A stretch of 63,280 nt of DNA, counting the filler, from Lenisia limosa (lineage: Eukaryota > Protista > Breviatea): NCBI GenBank assembly GCA_001655205.1. It is 6 parts of 6 records of this genome, joined end to end, with 100 filler letters (N's around TTAATTAATTAA, not from the genome) between each part and the next. Parts side by side here need not be neighbours in the genome. Positions count along the whole stretch, not along the records: positions 1 to 7,818 come from LPNZ01008882.1; positions 7,919 to 21,220 come from LPNZ01004098.1; 4 more parts are not named here. One strand, given 5' to 3'. The notes under the pieces are model-generated. The model searched no databases and was not told the origin of the DNA. It saw only the letters and a list, made by a program, of their open reading frames with translations. This document shows positions 1 through 14,702 of this stretch, in pieces. The translations under genes were made by a program, and so were the position numbers. Positions within the stretch are counted from its first letter, which is position 1, and each line of letters starts with the position of its first letter.

Positions 1-519
1 AATGTGGAAATTTGTTTGCATTTATCTAATGATGAATACTTGGTAATGAAGGAATTGAACTTGGTGCTTGTCCCATGTTTGGTGACGTGTCTACCCACGC
101 GCACACCATATCTCTATAGATGAAGCTGAGTCTTTATTCAAAAGACCGTAGAGCTATTGAATCAGATGACCGACTCATTGAATATTTTATCAGTTGAAAT
201 AAACAACAAATCATCTTGAAATGCACTGCCTTTCTTTCCTGTCACGAATTTTCCTGTCGGCTATTTAATATTCACATACAACGGAACAGGGTTTGTGGCC
301 ACAGGTGGTGGATTTGGTTTTTGGTTATATTGATGTTTTTATTACCTTCGGCTTTCTATATATCATATCAAACAAATTTCTTTGGCTTCACTATTTAGCT
401 GTACCCAAAAAAGACCTAATTCCTCGATAAAACTTCGATAGCTTTCGATATTTTACCAGGCATTTTTGAACATAGAGATGCATTTTCGAAACATAGAGAC
501 GCCGTTTTGATCAAAGTTA

Positions 520-3500
520 TCACTAATGTCCTAGGCTCAACTCGACGTTTTGCAGTATGAGAGAATGGAGGTTGCTGCTTTCTGCCAAGACATCAATGNN
601 NNNNNNNNNNNNNNNNNNNNNNNNNNNNNNNNNNNNNNNNNNNNNNNNNNNNNNNNNNNNNNNNNNNNNNNNNNNNNNNNNNNNNNNNNNNNNNNNNNNN
701 NNNNNNNNNNNNNNNNTCTGCACGACCTTCGATCGAGAGACGCCTGCAAAATCGAGCTGAAAGAGACGGTAGCTGTCACCAATGAGGAAGGAGTGGGCAA
801 AAGATGAGGGGCATCTCAACAATTGGGTGGCATTTGTAGCATCTGTTGTTTCAAAAATAAAAAAGTGATAAAAGTGGTATTTTTATGAGCACATTTTCAA
901 AAAAAAAAAAAANNNNNNNNNNNNNNNNNNNNNNNNNNNNNNNNNNNNNNNNNNNNNNNNNNNNNNNNNNNNNNNNNNNNNNNNNNNNNNNNNNAGCGGA
1001 ATTTATCGTGTATTGTGATTTTTTCCGAAGGATGTGTATCTGTTTGCAATAGCTGGGAATATCATAATATGAGCTTCCCAAGTATAATCTGTTATCGGAA
1101 TACGTTGTGGACATTCACGAAATAGCTTGCCGAATTCTCAGACCTTGAAGTGGTGTCTGCATCCCCAGGTATGTGCAGTATTAGCCAAATTATTTAGTGA
1201 GACCAAAGGAGAAAGCCAGTACAATAAACTGTGATAAAAGAAGAAAGTGTTACACTAAATAGGAATTAATTGCAGGGATTAATTTGGGGTATATTCGTAA
1301 ATGAATATGAGTGAAAGGTTCTTTAACAATCTGTAAAACAAAATATTCTTTCCAACAAGGCAATTTGTCTTCGGACTTAACACAAGACTGTATTCGAAAC
1401 ATGATCCACTCTAACTTTCCACAGATATTCTGCAACATAATCCTTTAGGGCTTTTCACGCTAAGCTTTGATATCAACGGCACAGTGGTGTACTCGTCAAC
1501 TATCAGCTTATGTATGGGGTAACTTCTCCATGAAGGAGGGGATAGCTTTCAGTTTTTGTATGAATTCAGAACAAAAACCTAGAGCTTGGTTTTTTGAGCT
1601 TGGTTTTTTTTTAATGAAATGAATAAATTTACAGTAGCTGATATGGATGCGGTGCTTTAGAATCGACTGGCTTGTGCTTTGTTTGTTTATCAGCCAACAG
1701 AGTTGATCTGGGTTGTTTTTTGTTTCATAAATTTTCCAGTTTTACTCCCCTCACCCCTACACTTTGACTTTACAGCCTCGCCCGTTTCGAACATCATCCC
1801 CGGCAGTGAGCATCCCCTTACTCTCAACTCTCCGGACAGTATTCCACCGTTCTCTGTGGGGGAGGGGCTTAAAGGATGTTCTACCGTTTTCTGTGGTACA
1901 AAGAGTATATTCGTTAACGGTGCCACCATGTACAATAATATACGATATGTATGATATACAGTGACCAGGATAAGTCCTGATCGATTTTCAATGGGAAATC
2001 ACAGAGCAAATTGGTCAAGACTTCTCCTTGTCACTGCAGGTGTAAAAGACATTCAATATCTCTTATAAGCATGATAGAGTGGACGGCTTTGGCCAGATAC
2101 AACCTTGTTGTTTTTTTGCTCATTTTTTATACATATCGATGAGAAACAAAACTGGGTTGTATCCATGTGTGGGTTTGCAAATAGATGAGGGTAAATGGGT
2201 GTGCCTCGTTCGTCTTATGAGCTTTAATGAGAATTTTCCGCAATGCCTTTCTTGATGCTTATCAAGAATTCCGTCTTTATTTAGATCGAACATTACGTCT
2301 GTATTTAGATCGAGCGTTACTCTTTAGGTTACTGTCATGAGTAGTGCAGGAACCGGAGTGGAAGGCAAGGCAGTTTTCCTAGTCTCTATGTCTCCAACTG
2401 AGGACCTCAGGTTGGGTTGGCCTCTTATAAGCGTGGTGCTTAATATGATATTCTATAATTTGTTCATATCCCTAATTCAATATTCATTACATCCAACTCG
2501 GCTCATCCCCAGGTTCGAGCATCGATTAGGCGACTCCTTGGCTCTCTTCAGTGACTTCAAGTCCATCACTGACGCGTCCGGCAAAGCCACATTCAACTCC
2601 GCTCGGATCCTAGCTGCCTCATCCCCCTATGTGGTATGTATGGGATGCGGNNNNNNNNNNNNNNNNNNNNNNNNNNNNNNNNNNNNNNNNNNNNNNNNNN
2701 NNNNNNNNNNNNNNNNNNNNNNNNNNNNNNNNNNTATTAGACACATCTTTTCATGTGGTAATAGGGGTGAGGGGCTGACATTCTCGATAATTCCTCGAAA
2801 ACAATCGATGTTTTGGTGGAATGGGGCATATTATTATTCCTTGTAAGGTGAATTTGATCGCTATTTAGCTATTGGATAACGGAGTACATTTGAACACCCA
2901 TTGTATGTGTAGAGCTTCATTTCGGTTCGAAAAACACTGGTGAAATATCAATAGTTTTCGAGGATTTATCGAGAAATTCATTCTTTTTTGGGAACTGAAG
3001 TAAAGTCTTAGCTGTATGGACTAGGGGGGGTATTGGTAACGGACATTGTATGACTATTCTAGGAAATGTTGGATACATTCACAGATATGTTATTATGCGA
3101 CAAGTCAAGCCACATTCCGTCTCTTTTCTTACCAGCTTAGCAACTCGGATTCTTCTGTGACGGTCTACTGGTCCCGTGGAAAGTCGACTCTGACCTTGTT
3201 GCCAAGATCGAAACGGACGTTCAGGTTGTCGAAGCCAGTGCATCTGTTTCTGAAGTGATAGAGGGCGAATCATTCAAGGTGACTGTCAGAGTATGGGGGA
3301 GTGGGTGAAAATTAGTGTTGCGATGAGTTCAAGGGGTTTTGTCGGTTCGCAAAAAGACGGAATTTGTCGATAAATTTTCGACAACTCTCGATATTTATCG
3401 GTCGTTTTCAGACCAGGGAGAAACTCTAAACATTTATGTTAAGAAAGGAATGATTGTTTACTCTTTTAGACCTACAAAGACCTTGCCTCCACGCCCACAG

Positions 3501-6500
3501 TCGGAAGCATGCCCCTTATCATCGTCACTTCCTTCAGTGGGTCCTCATACTGACCTTGTTCAAGCTTAGATTGACCTTTGATTGATGGAGAATGTGTATA
3601 TTCTCCTCCATGCTGTACACAGCTTCGTTCAGATACCACTCCATGTATTTCATCCTACATGATGTTCATCATCCAGACGACCATGTTATTGGAGAGAACT
3701 GGCCGACGTCTAACCTGCTTAGCTCTGAGCGAATCAAAACCGTAAGCTTTCCACTGCTTGCGATACTTGTATTATGTACTGTATTGACATTTGAAACTTG
3801 AAAACCTGTTACCTTTCCACACTTTAATGTTGATTTATACATCCCAAGATTTTATTTATTGTTTCCCACTCTCCTCCCATCATCACCATCATCATCACAT
3901 CATCATCACATCATCATCATCATCATCATCATCATCGCCGCCATCCTCATCATCACCATCATCATCACTATCATCATCATCATCGCCACCACCATCATTA
4001 TCATCATCATTTAATACCCAGGTGCACTTCAACGATTTTGCTGCAGGAGAGGAGGGACTCCATGCCATGCCCATAGTAACCAAAGCGGACGGTTCAGTTG
4101 AACTCTCTGTTTACATGTCCAGCTACTGGTGGGTTGGGAAAGCTTGAGCTTGCATATCGAAATTGATGTGGAATTTATCGATATTTATGGAGGATTTATC
4201 AATATATTATTTATATTGGAGAATTTATCGATATTTATGGGGGATATCAATATTTATATATTTATGGGGGATTTATGGAGTTTCAGATTATTCAGTTCGT
4301 GATTAGTAGCTTGCCGCAAATGCTCTTCATCAAAATTTCCTTCGTTTTACTCCCNNNNNNNNNNNNNNNNNNNNNNNNNNNNNNNNNNNNNNNNNNNNNN
4401 NNNNNNNNNNNNNNNNNNNNNNNNNNNNNNNNAGATCGAACCCTTTCGAACTGACCGTCACTACCTCTATCAAGTCCATTGACGTTATGATGGTACCAAA
4501 ATGCAGCCGTGAGGAGGGCCCTTACACCATTCATACTACTGGCAAGCTTGACGTCCCTTACTTCATTCATACTACTGGCAAGCTTGACGTCCCTTACTTC
4601 ATTCACTACTGACAAGCTTGACATCCCTTACTTCATTCATACTACTGGCAAGCTTGACGTCCCTTACTTCATTTATACTACTGACAAGCTTGACGTCCCT
4701 CACTTCATTCATACTACTGACGAGCTTGACGTCCCTCACTTCATTCATACTCCTGACAAGCTTGACGTCCCTCACTTCATTCATACTACTGGCAAGCTTG
4801 ACGTCCCTCACTTCATTCATACTACTGACGAGCTTGACGTCCCTCACGGGAGGGGTGATTAGGGCTGATTATTAGGGCTCGTGCAATTATAATTGTTTTT
4901 GATAATACTTGACACAATTTGAAAATCAAGTATCTGAAGCGGTTCTCGTTTCAATATGTCCTGCTTGAAATTTTGCAATTTATTTTTCAATTAACTGCAC
5001 GGAGCCCTAATGATTATGTACATCGTAGCATTAAATGAACGTAATTTTCTTGACCATCAATTGCCTTGTTGACCGTTTTAGTGTACTCCGACACACCTTG
5101 CACTGTGGGTTTCTTGTCAAGAAAATATTAAGGGGATGAAGAGAAATAAACATGGATATGAGCAATATTACAAAGGGGATCAAAACTCTAAACGGCAACT
5201 TCTGGAATCACGTATTTGATACAAAATTGAAATAAATGCAAACTATGTCGCACACATTTCAAAGTAACAGACTGAATTTCTCGATAAATCCTCGATAAAT
5301 ATCGATATTTTACCGGTCTTTTTCGGACCGTAGGGAGGTTCTAATTGTATGAGGGTATTTATTTCAATTGTATCGAATACGTAATTCCAAAAATATGATT
5401 TCGAAGACATACGTTACTCATATTCTTAATCGTGATGGTATGTGGCCTTTTTTATCTAATCTCTATATTACATTTGTATAATATATACAGTGACTGGGAT
5501 AAGTCTGGACCGATTTTCCTTGGAAAATCATGTGTTTATACATTTCCCAAGTCGCTAACTCGTAATATCCTTATGCATAATATGATCTAACTTTGCAGAA
5601 TTCGCAAGAGTTTGAGCAACGCCTAGTTGTCGTCGCACGTGACCGTGACGGCAATGGTGGGGATTTGAGGAGACCGTGACGGCAATGGTGGGGGTTTGAG
5701 GAGAGACCGTGACGGCAATGGTGGGGGTTTGAGGAGAGAAAAACAAAAGTATTTCTCTGAAATCGATCGACCGATCGATCGGGAGGGAAGCACTATTTCC
5801 ACATATTTTTTGATAGGGTGAATAAATAATATAATCTTGGGAATTAATTAATAAATACATAGGGATACCATAAACAAATTACCATACTTCTGGGGGTCTC
5901 TTCTGTAAATCATTGGTTACATTAACAATCTAATCTTGCGGGCCCCCTACATGTATAGTATACCTACGGCTTCCTAAAACGTTAAAATATCGATATTTAT
6001 TGAAAATTTTTAGGAAAATTCAGAATTTTTGGGCCCGAAGGGAAGTCCATGTATACCTCCCCTCTTAATCTTACACTTCAGCACTGCCCTACGCACACAA
6101 GCAGCTTGTTGTCGACGTCTCTCCCACATCCGCTCATGTCGTTTGTAATGATGAAGTAAGTGGCGGAATGTTAACCCATATCCACCAGTGATATGATTAT
6201 ATGACCGACTTTCGAGTCGAAACACATGAGCTTTATGCATACATGTACCTTGTTTTGATCTTAATTTTTACCGCAAAGTGCTTTATCGTTTCATCATCTT
6301 CATTATTACCCGATCTTTATTGACTGCAGGCATATTCAAACATCTTCAATGTCGAGTACAACTGTCGCTTTACTGCAGGTTTGGGGGGGGGGGGTAATAT
6401 GAAAGCCTATTNNNNNNNNNNNNNNNNNNNNNNNNNNNNNNNNNNNNNNNNNNNNNNNNNNNNNNNNNNNNNNNNNNNNNNNNNNNNNNNNNNNNNNNNN

Positions 6501-7540
6501 NNNNNNNNNNNNNNNNNNNNNNNNNNNNNNNNNNNNNNNNNNNNNNNNNNNNNNNNNNNNCGGATTATTCACACTGGCGCATTGACTTGGAATTCTTATG
6601 GTTAAGTTGGGATCCCCATTACTGTCATGGGAATCCATCATGGAATAGGAGATCATAAGAACTCTTGGTAGTAGTATATTCACTTGTTTTCAACTATTGA
6701 TTTTGAGTCATGTGTCCCCCTCCACCGCAGGCGATAATGATGTCCACTACACTCTGAGAGTTCACGATACTGGTGACACTGTCTCAACCGATCCCATAGG
6801 AGATCTCCTCTATAAATCCTAGTACGCTGCAATTACATCCTATGGAGATGTTGGTGGTCTATTTGGCCAAATAACACCTTTTGCTGCATTTGTTACCCTT
6901 TGCATTTTTTTATCCTTGTGTTTTATGATTTTCACCTTGTAATTGATGATATACTATAATCATAAGATCTTAAAAGCGTGATGATGTGGACGGTTTCGGA
7001 CAGATACAACCATTTTTATTTCTCATTGCTATTTCATCATACATATCCCTTGTAATTTAACGTCCTAGCTCTTCCGAGGGAATTTGCGGGCAAATTCTGC
7101 CGATCAGCGGAACCGACGCTACCACCGTCTCCATCAATGACGTCCTCAATAGTGAAGTCTTGGTAGGCTATATGGCTAAATAGTGAACAAAAACGTTAAA
7201 TGCATTTTTTTGGACAATAAATGATATCTGTATTTAAAAGTTAGAGACTGAGAATTGTTGAACTGATCAATATAAAGAAAGACAAATTCAAACAAGATTG
7301 TTCATCTTGGCAGTTTTTGGGTGCAAATGGGTTCTTCCCACCCCCATTGTTTACTATTCGACCCTTGTTGCTAGCTCTAACAGAGTTGATTTTGCTCTTT
7401 TTTGTTTCTAAACTTTTTCAAATTCCCCCTCAAAAAACTCTATCCCTGCTGTGGTTACGAAACAGGACTCCAGAAAATCTCACTTTGTAGGTGAAAACGC
7501 CTGATAATACGGATTTTGTTGGGTCTTCTGAAGGTCCCTG
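520..7540 (+). CDS. Partial large multi-exon protein with Ig-like repeats (probable surface/secreted protein); both ends outside this segment
   Basis: GT-AG exons join in frame: ...LEVVSASP|GLFTLSFDINGTVVYSSTISL|SSPVSNIIPG (about 1118-1898); SITDASGKATFNSARILAASSPYV|QLGFFCDG (2512-3291); VVVARDRDGN|ALPYAHKQLVVDV (5599-6176). TDxxGxATF and DxxGN motifs recall bacterial-type Ig-like domains. Confidence 0.55.
1959..2036. mobile_element. Tc1/mariner-like MITE family B copy
   Basis: TA|CAGTGACCAGGATAAGTCCTGA ... TCAAGACTTCTCCTTGTCACTG; related copies near 5488 and 54700-54785. Confidence 0.65.
2910..3010. mobile_element. MITE family A copy, opposite orientation
   Basis: TAGAGCTTCATTTCGGTTCGAAAAA ... 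TTTTTGGGAACTGAAGTAAAGTCTTA. Confidence 0.65.
3880..4010. repeat. (CAT)n microsatellite, intronic
   Basis: Imperfect CAT run upstream of the acceptor at about 4021. Confidence 0.9.
4519..4847. repeat. 36-bp minisatellite, about 9 copies, intronic
   Basis: Unit CTTCATTCATACTACTGRCAAGCTTGACGTCCCTYA, head to tail, no spacers. Confidence 0.95.
4873..5009. mobile_element. hAT-like MITE
   Basis: Termini TAGGGCTC-GTGCA / TGCACGGAGCCCTA; flanks CTGATTAT and ATGATTAT (8-bp target-site duplication, 7/8 match). Confidence 0.75.
5641..5738. repeat. 31-33-bp tandem repeat, 3 copies, spanning a 5' splice site
   Basis: GACCGTGACGGCAATG|GTGGGG...GAGGA(GA) three times. Confidence 0.9.
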
Positions 7541-7656
7541 GGTGAGTGGAGAGATCACACGGACTTTGTTGAAAGGAGAGGGGTAAAACTGAATCCAAGG
7601 ATTAACCCTGTAGGTGTTATACAATTTCAAATGAATGGGTGAATTAATATTATTGT

Positions 7657-7746
7657 ACTATAGTCCAGTATTTTTTTAGCGTGATGGTGTGGACGGTTTC
7701 GGCCAGATACAACTTTTTTTATTTCTCATCTCTATTTGATACATAC
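7657..7746 (+). repeat. Unclassified dispersed repeat family C (about 95 bp), representative copy
   Basis: Consensus AATCCAATATCTCTTATAAGCGTGATGGTGTGGACGGTTTCGGCCAGATACAAC...TTTCTCAT...ACATA; full or partial copies near 2053, 6955, 7657, 28068, 29365, 32648, 39930, 44666, 49185, 53128; reverse copy near 26845-26890. Confidence 0.8.
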
Positions 7747-7818
7747 GTAATATATATATACGTATAGTTTCTATCATATGCATGTGTATATGATATGGGG
7801 GGGGGGGGTGATATATCA

Positions 7819-7918
7819 NNNNNNNNNNNNNNNNNNNNNNNNNNNNNNNNNNNNNNNNNNNNTTAATTAATTAANNNNNNNNNNNNNNNNNNNNNNNNNN
7901 NNNNNNNNNNNNNNNNNN
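7819..7918. other. Artificial 100-nt join spacer (also 21221-21320, 31490-31589, 37357-37456, 52163-52262)
   Basis: N44-TTAATTAATTAA-N44 with stops in all six frames; adjacent genes (G6PD, LSm4, GATase, IFT81) are truncated. Confidence 0.97.
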
Positions 7919-7982
7919 ATATATATATACAATATATTGTCTTCAACAGTGCTAACCTTCCCAAATGATATGCTTAACCTAC

Positions 7983-8284
7983 CAGTGGCCTTTCCTTTAA
8001 TGGCTTCGCGCATCTTGTCGACAAAATCGTCATGACCAATTTTCGAACGGGCATATCCAACAATGTCAGTGTGGGGCGGGAGTAGGCCTCTACAGAACAA
8101 CTTGAACAACGCAGGGAATGTTTTCTTTTTAGCCAAGTCTCCAGAGGCTCCCAGAACCTGTGGGAAAGGGGGCAGTTGGTTCGGAGGAAGGCATTATCGA
8201 GAATCTTACCACTAATGAGAACGAGTGCTTGCAAACTTCACATTCTTGAATTATATCTTCAGAAGGTGCCCGAATATGAGGCAT
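7983..8284 (-). CDS. G6PD: Glucose-6-phosphate dehydrogenase, 5' part (cut by segment spacer)
   Basis: Two exons give [25 protein letters not shown]|[27 protein letters not shown]...IVGYARS, the G6PD NADP-binding signature. Confidence 0.95.
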
Positions 8285-8581
8285 ACGTTCAACATAAGTC
8301 CCCATTTTGGGAATGGCAAAATAGTCTTGTCTTTTCGTGCTTTACTGAAGGTGTTAAATATGTTATTCAGATGTTATTTATTTTTTTGGTGGTTTTTATG
8401 CAAATTTTGTTTTTTTCTGTTTTTTCGCAAAATAACTCTAAACTATATAGACCCCCTGTGTTCATTATAGGCACAATATGTTTTTACTTTATTCCGTCTG
8501 ATACATAACGCATTTAACAGTATACATTGGCTTAATACATTAGATTGTCAATTGGAAACGAACCGCCTCCGTATATAAACA

Positions 8582-11518
8582 ATGGCGCTGCCAACTGTCC
8601 CAAATGGGCTTTCAGATGTCATCCGTGGACTGGCAAGGGAGGTAAACACTATTAAATAGGTACAAGTCGTTCTCATTTTTTTACAGGTTATTCGTGAACA
8701 GCCTACAGACATCCCTGCCTTTGCTGCTAACTATTTTGAACATTTGTTAAACCAAAGAACGAAGAATGGCGAGTTTTCAAACAATGAAGGTGGGCTTTTT
8801 TCTGTTCTTTTGTGTGATAGTACTAACTCACCACATAGAATCGAATATTTCTATTGCAGAAAACATAGTTGCTATTCTCTCCAATCAGGATCCTGAACAT
8901 AACGGAGTTGTTCCCCGTGGAGCAGTTTATGAGGTTTGCTAGCGCTTTCTCTCCATCCCCCCTTTAACAACTTTAATTTATGAAAATTATCATTGCTACT
9001 GACACAACAATAGGCGCTGAAGGCAATTCGCCCTCCCCTCTCTCAAAGACAGATCCTTGCTTCGGTTTCGGAGGCTGATATTGACAGTCGTGGATTGATT
9101 GGTCAGGAAAATGGAATTACTTTTGGATGAAGAAAGCTTTTCCATTTATATCTGAGTTACATTGTAGAGTATCACACCTTTGCCGAGAGAGCTGAACGCG
9201 CCTCTCTCGAAGCTGCGTCTGTGACCCAGCTGGTTGGTTAGACATTGACTTTCGGGTTTAGGATGTAGTGGGCAGACGGATGGGTTATGAGGGTATTTTG
9301 TCATACTATTAGGATGAATCTGACAATGTTTAACTGGGTGTTACCCTTGCTTTTTTTATCATTAGTTCATGATGTATTTGGTTCTTTTTTTTTTATCACT
9401 CTTAGACGGCCCCCACAAACCCCACCCATATCCGTGGCCTTCCAAGAGATTCTTTCAATGATCTTGTGGCTGGTGCTGTTGCTGAAACTGGTTTGCCTGG
9501 CCATTTTAACACGCATTACTACCTCCATAACTTATACCAGTAAGAAATAATCGATATAATATAAATGGCAATGCTGATCTTGGTTTTATAATGGTCTCAA
9601 GTAAAAAGAGGCTAAACAACTTATTGGTACTACTTTCTCAACTTTTAGGATCAGCTATTGTTGGACAAAACGGCTTAGCTGATATTCTTCTCTCCCTTGA
9701 TCTTGCACTCACAAGAAGAGTGGGCTTGGACCATTGAATTATATACATATTTGGTATCCTCCAATGTGCTATTTGGTACCTCGAGTAATATTTGCNNNNN
9801 NNNNNNNNNNNNNNNNNNNNNNNNNNNNNNNNNNNNNNNNNNNNNNNNNNNNNNNNNNNNNNNNNNNNNNNNNNNNNNNNNNNNNNNNNNNNNNNNNNNN
9901 NNNNNNNNNNNNNNNNNNNNNNNNNNNNNNNNNNNNNNNNNNNNNNNNNNNNNNNNNNNNNNNNNNNNNNNNNNNNNNNNNNNNNNNNNNNNNNNNNTAT
10001 GTGAGTAACTTGTACCTTTTATCCATTACACAGCTGATCTCGTCTTTTGGGCCTCACTTTCCGCAGGCTCTTTGGAACTTACTGGTTCAAATTGACGGTA
10101 TCGACCTTTGGCAGCGCCACGGCCGCACCCCCCAGCAATGGGCCGACGCTGTCCTGGAGGCTGTTGTTGACCATCTCGAGAACCCGGAGTTCATGCGTGG
10201 GAGGGCTATTGCTGCTTTCTTTCTTTTTATAAAAGGGTAATTATCGGTATTTTTTTTATTTTATTTTTTTGTGAACATACACATTGTAGTACATAATAAT
10301 TTCACGCAATTGGCTGGTCCACGTTAGAGATTGACTATTAAGCCCGTCGTGACCTTCGTGAAGCTCTGAGAACTGCTGACCTTGGTCTGACATCAAAACA
10401 CATTCTGGTGAGTTGAAGTAAAGCCAGAGGGGGGGGGGGGNNNNNNNNNNNNNNNNNNNNNNNNNNNNNNNNNNNNNNNNNNNNNNNNNNNNNNNNNNNN
10501 NNNNNNNNNNNNNNNNNNNNNNNNNNNNNNNNNNNNNNNNNNNTTAACTTATATTTGTAGGTTGTGTTGACAGATGTTTCGGATAACACTGAAAACAATA
10601 AGGTGCCTGTTGCCGCCTTGGCCAAGGCTGCGGGTCGCAGAATGGTAAGTTGGAGTTGCGTACTGTATCACATTGAAACTGCTTTTAGGGATTGTGATTG
10701 TCCTTTTTTTTATGAGTTACACCTGAAATAATAGAAAATTGGTGGATGTTGATATGGTTTTGAACGAGTCAATAGAGTTGAAGTGTCCTTCAGTATTAGA
10801 TGTATTGACACTTTACTTCCCAGGCGCTGTGGTTCGACAGAGACCGCGCCAGTCAATTAGCACACGTTATGGACTCCACACCCACTCCCGTGAGCAAACA
10901 TGGTGGATTGTGGATTGCAATTTTATGTGGTGTTGACTGCTTTGGTTAATTCAGCCTTCGTGCATTTCTTGTTTCTGCTTTTTAGTGGTTTCATATCAAC
11001 ACAGTATTAAATTGCTGTTGCTCAATCATGCTTCATATTATTAGCGTATAACTTCTTAGACTGAGATCCACGGTCAAAACCGAGAACAAGTTCAGGAAGC
11101 GCTCACTGACGCCTTCACTCCTTACGACCATGACCGTTCAGGGTATGGGTAGCAATGATATAGCACACTGCTTTGTTTTTTGTTTCATTATGAGTATCTG
11201 AGATTGAAGTATGGCAATTTCCCTTTTACCCTGCCACAGCCGTATTATCCTTCCCGACCTCCGCACCGCGCTTTCCTCCCTCACTGCCTTCCGACTCACC
11301 TCGCACGAAATCAACTCTCTGCTCTCCGTCGTCGACTCGTAAGAGGGTAGACTACCACTTTTTCATTACCAATTTGAGTCTCATCAATAAATGTCAATTG
11401 CTCACCCCTCAGGGATCTTGAGGGCTACGTGGCCTACACGCCGTTGTTGATGGCAGCCTATGATATTTTGGCATTTGTCGGTCACCAGGAGGCTGTGGAC
11501 GCTGCAATGGCGTTTTAG
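8582..11518 (+). CDS. RIIa (dimerization/docking) domain plus multiple EF-hand protein, radial-spoke RSP7-like
   Basis: N-terminus MALPTVPNGLSDVIRGLARE|VIREQPTDIPAFAANYFEHLL is an RIIa domain; EF-hand-like loops NQDPEHNGVV, EADIDSRGLI, YDHDRSG; stop TAG 11516-11518. Confidence 0.75.
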
Positions 11519-11656
11519 GTTTGGTCTATAGGTTTGTAGCATGTATTTTTATTCGTTGTTAGATTGGAACTCCTTTTCTTTTGGCTTAGTAAAAAGTATA
11601 TTGAGCTACCAAATACTGTCAATAGGAAAGAAAAATAGTAACAAGAAACAAATAGA

Positions 11657-14355
<2,699 letters not shown>

Positions 14356-14702
14356 TGTGACAAAAGTTTTGAGTATGTACCAATAAAGTGAATAAAATAT
14401 AAAGAAATATAAACGGTAGCCGTCTGATTGATTGAAAACAATGACTTTTTTTCGGAGAAAATCTGTTTTAAATAAATGTTCTAGAATATTCTCGACAGGT
14501 CTAGAATATAAATTTGTACCAGTGTATGTCACGCCATCTCACAAAAATTTCAAAATCTCCCTCTTGAAAGGGGAGTTGCCATTCAGTTGCCATTGATCTT
14601 ATACTTGCCATTGAACTTATATATTTGCATAAAATATAAATTTTGATCAGTTGATTCATATTCTTGGTTTCCATTAGTTTTCTTTGAAAAACAAGAATTA
14701 CC

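Noticed and set aside
3791-4147. His/Ser-rich ORF of 118 aa
   Set aside because: It is produced by an intronic CAT microsatellite running into a true exon.
4519-4847. 36-bp repeat as a CRISPR array, and the repetitive ORFs over it
   Set aside because: Units are contiguous with no spacers, there are no cas genes, and the context is a eukaryotic intron.
4857-4880. TTAGGG hexamers as telomeric repeat
   Set aside because: There are only two, non-tandem; one is the terminus of the hAT-like MITE.
7863-7874. TTAATTAATTAA as a biological motif
   Set aside because: It is always centred in N44 flanks, so it is a synthetic linker.
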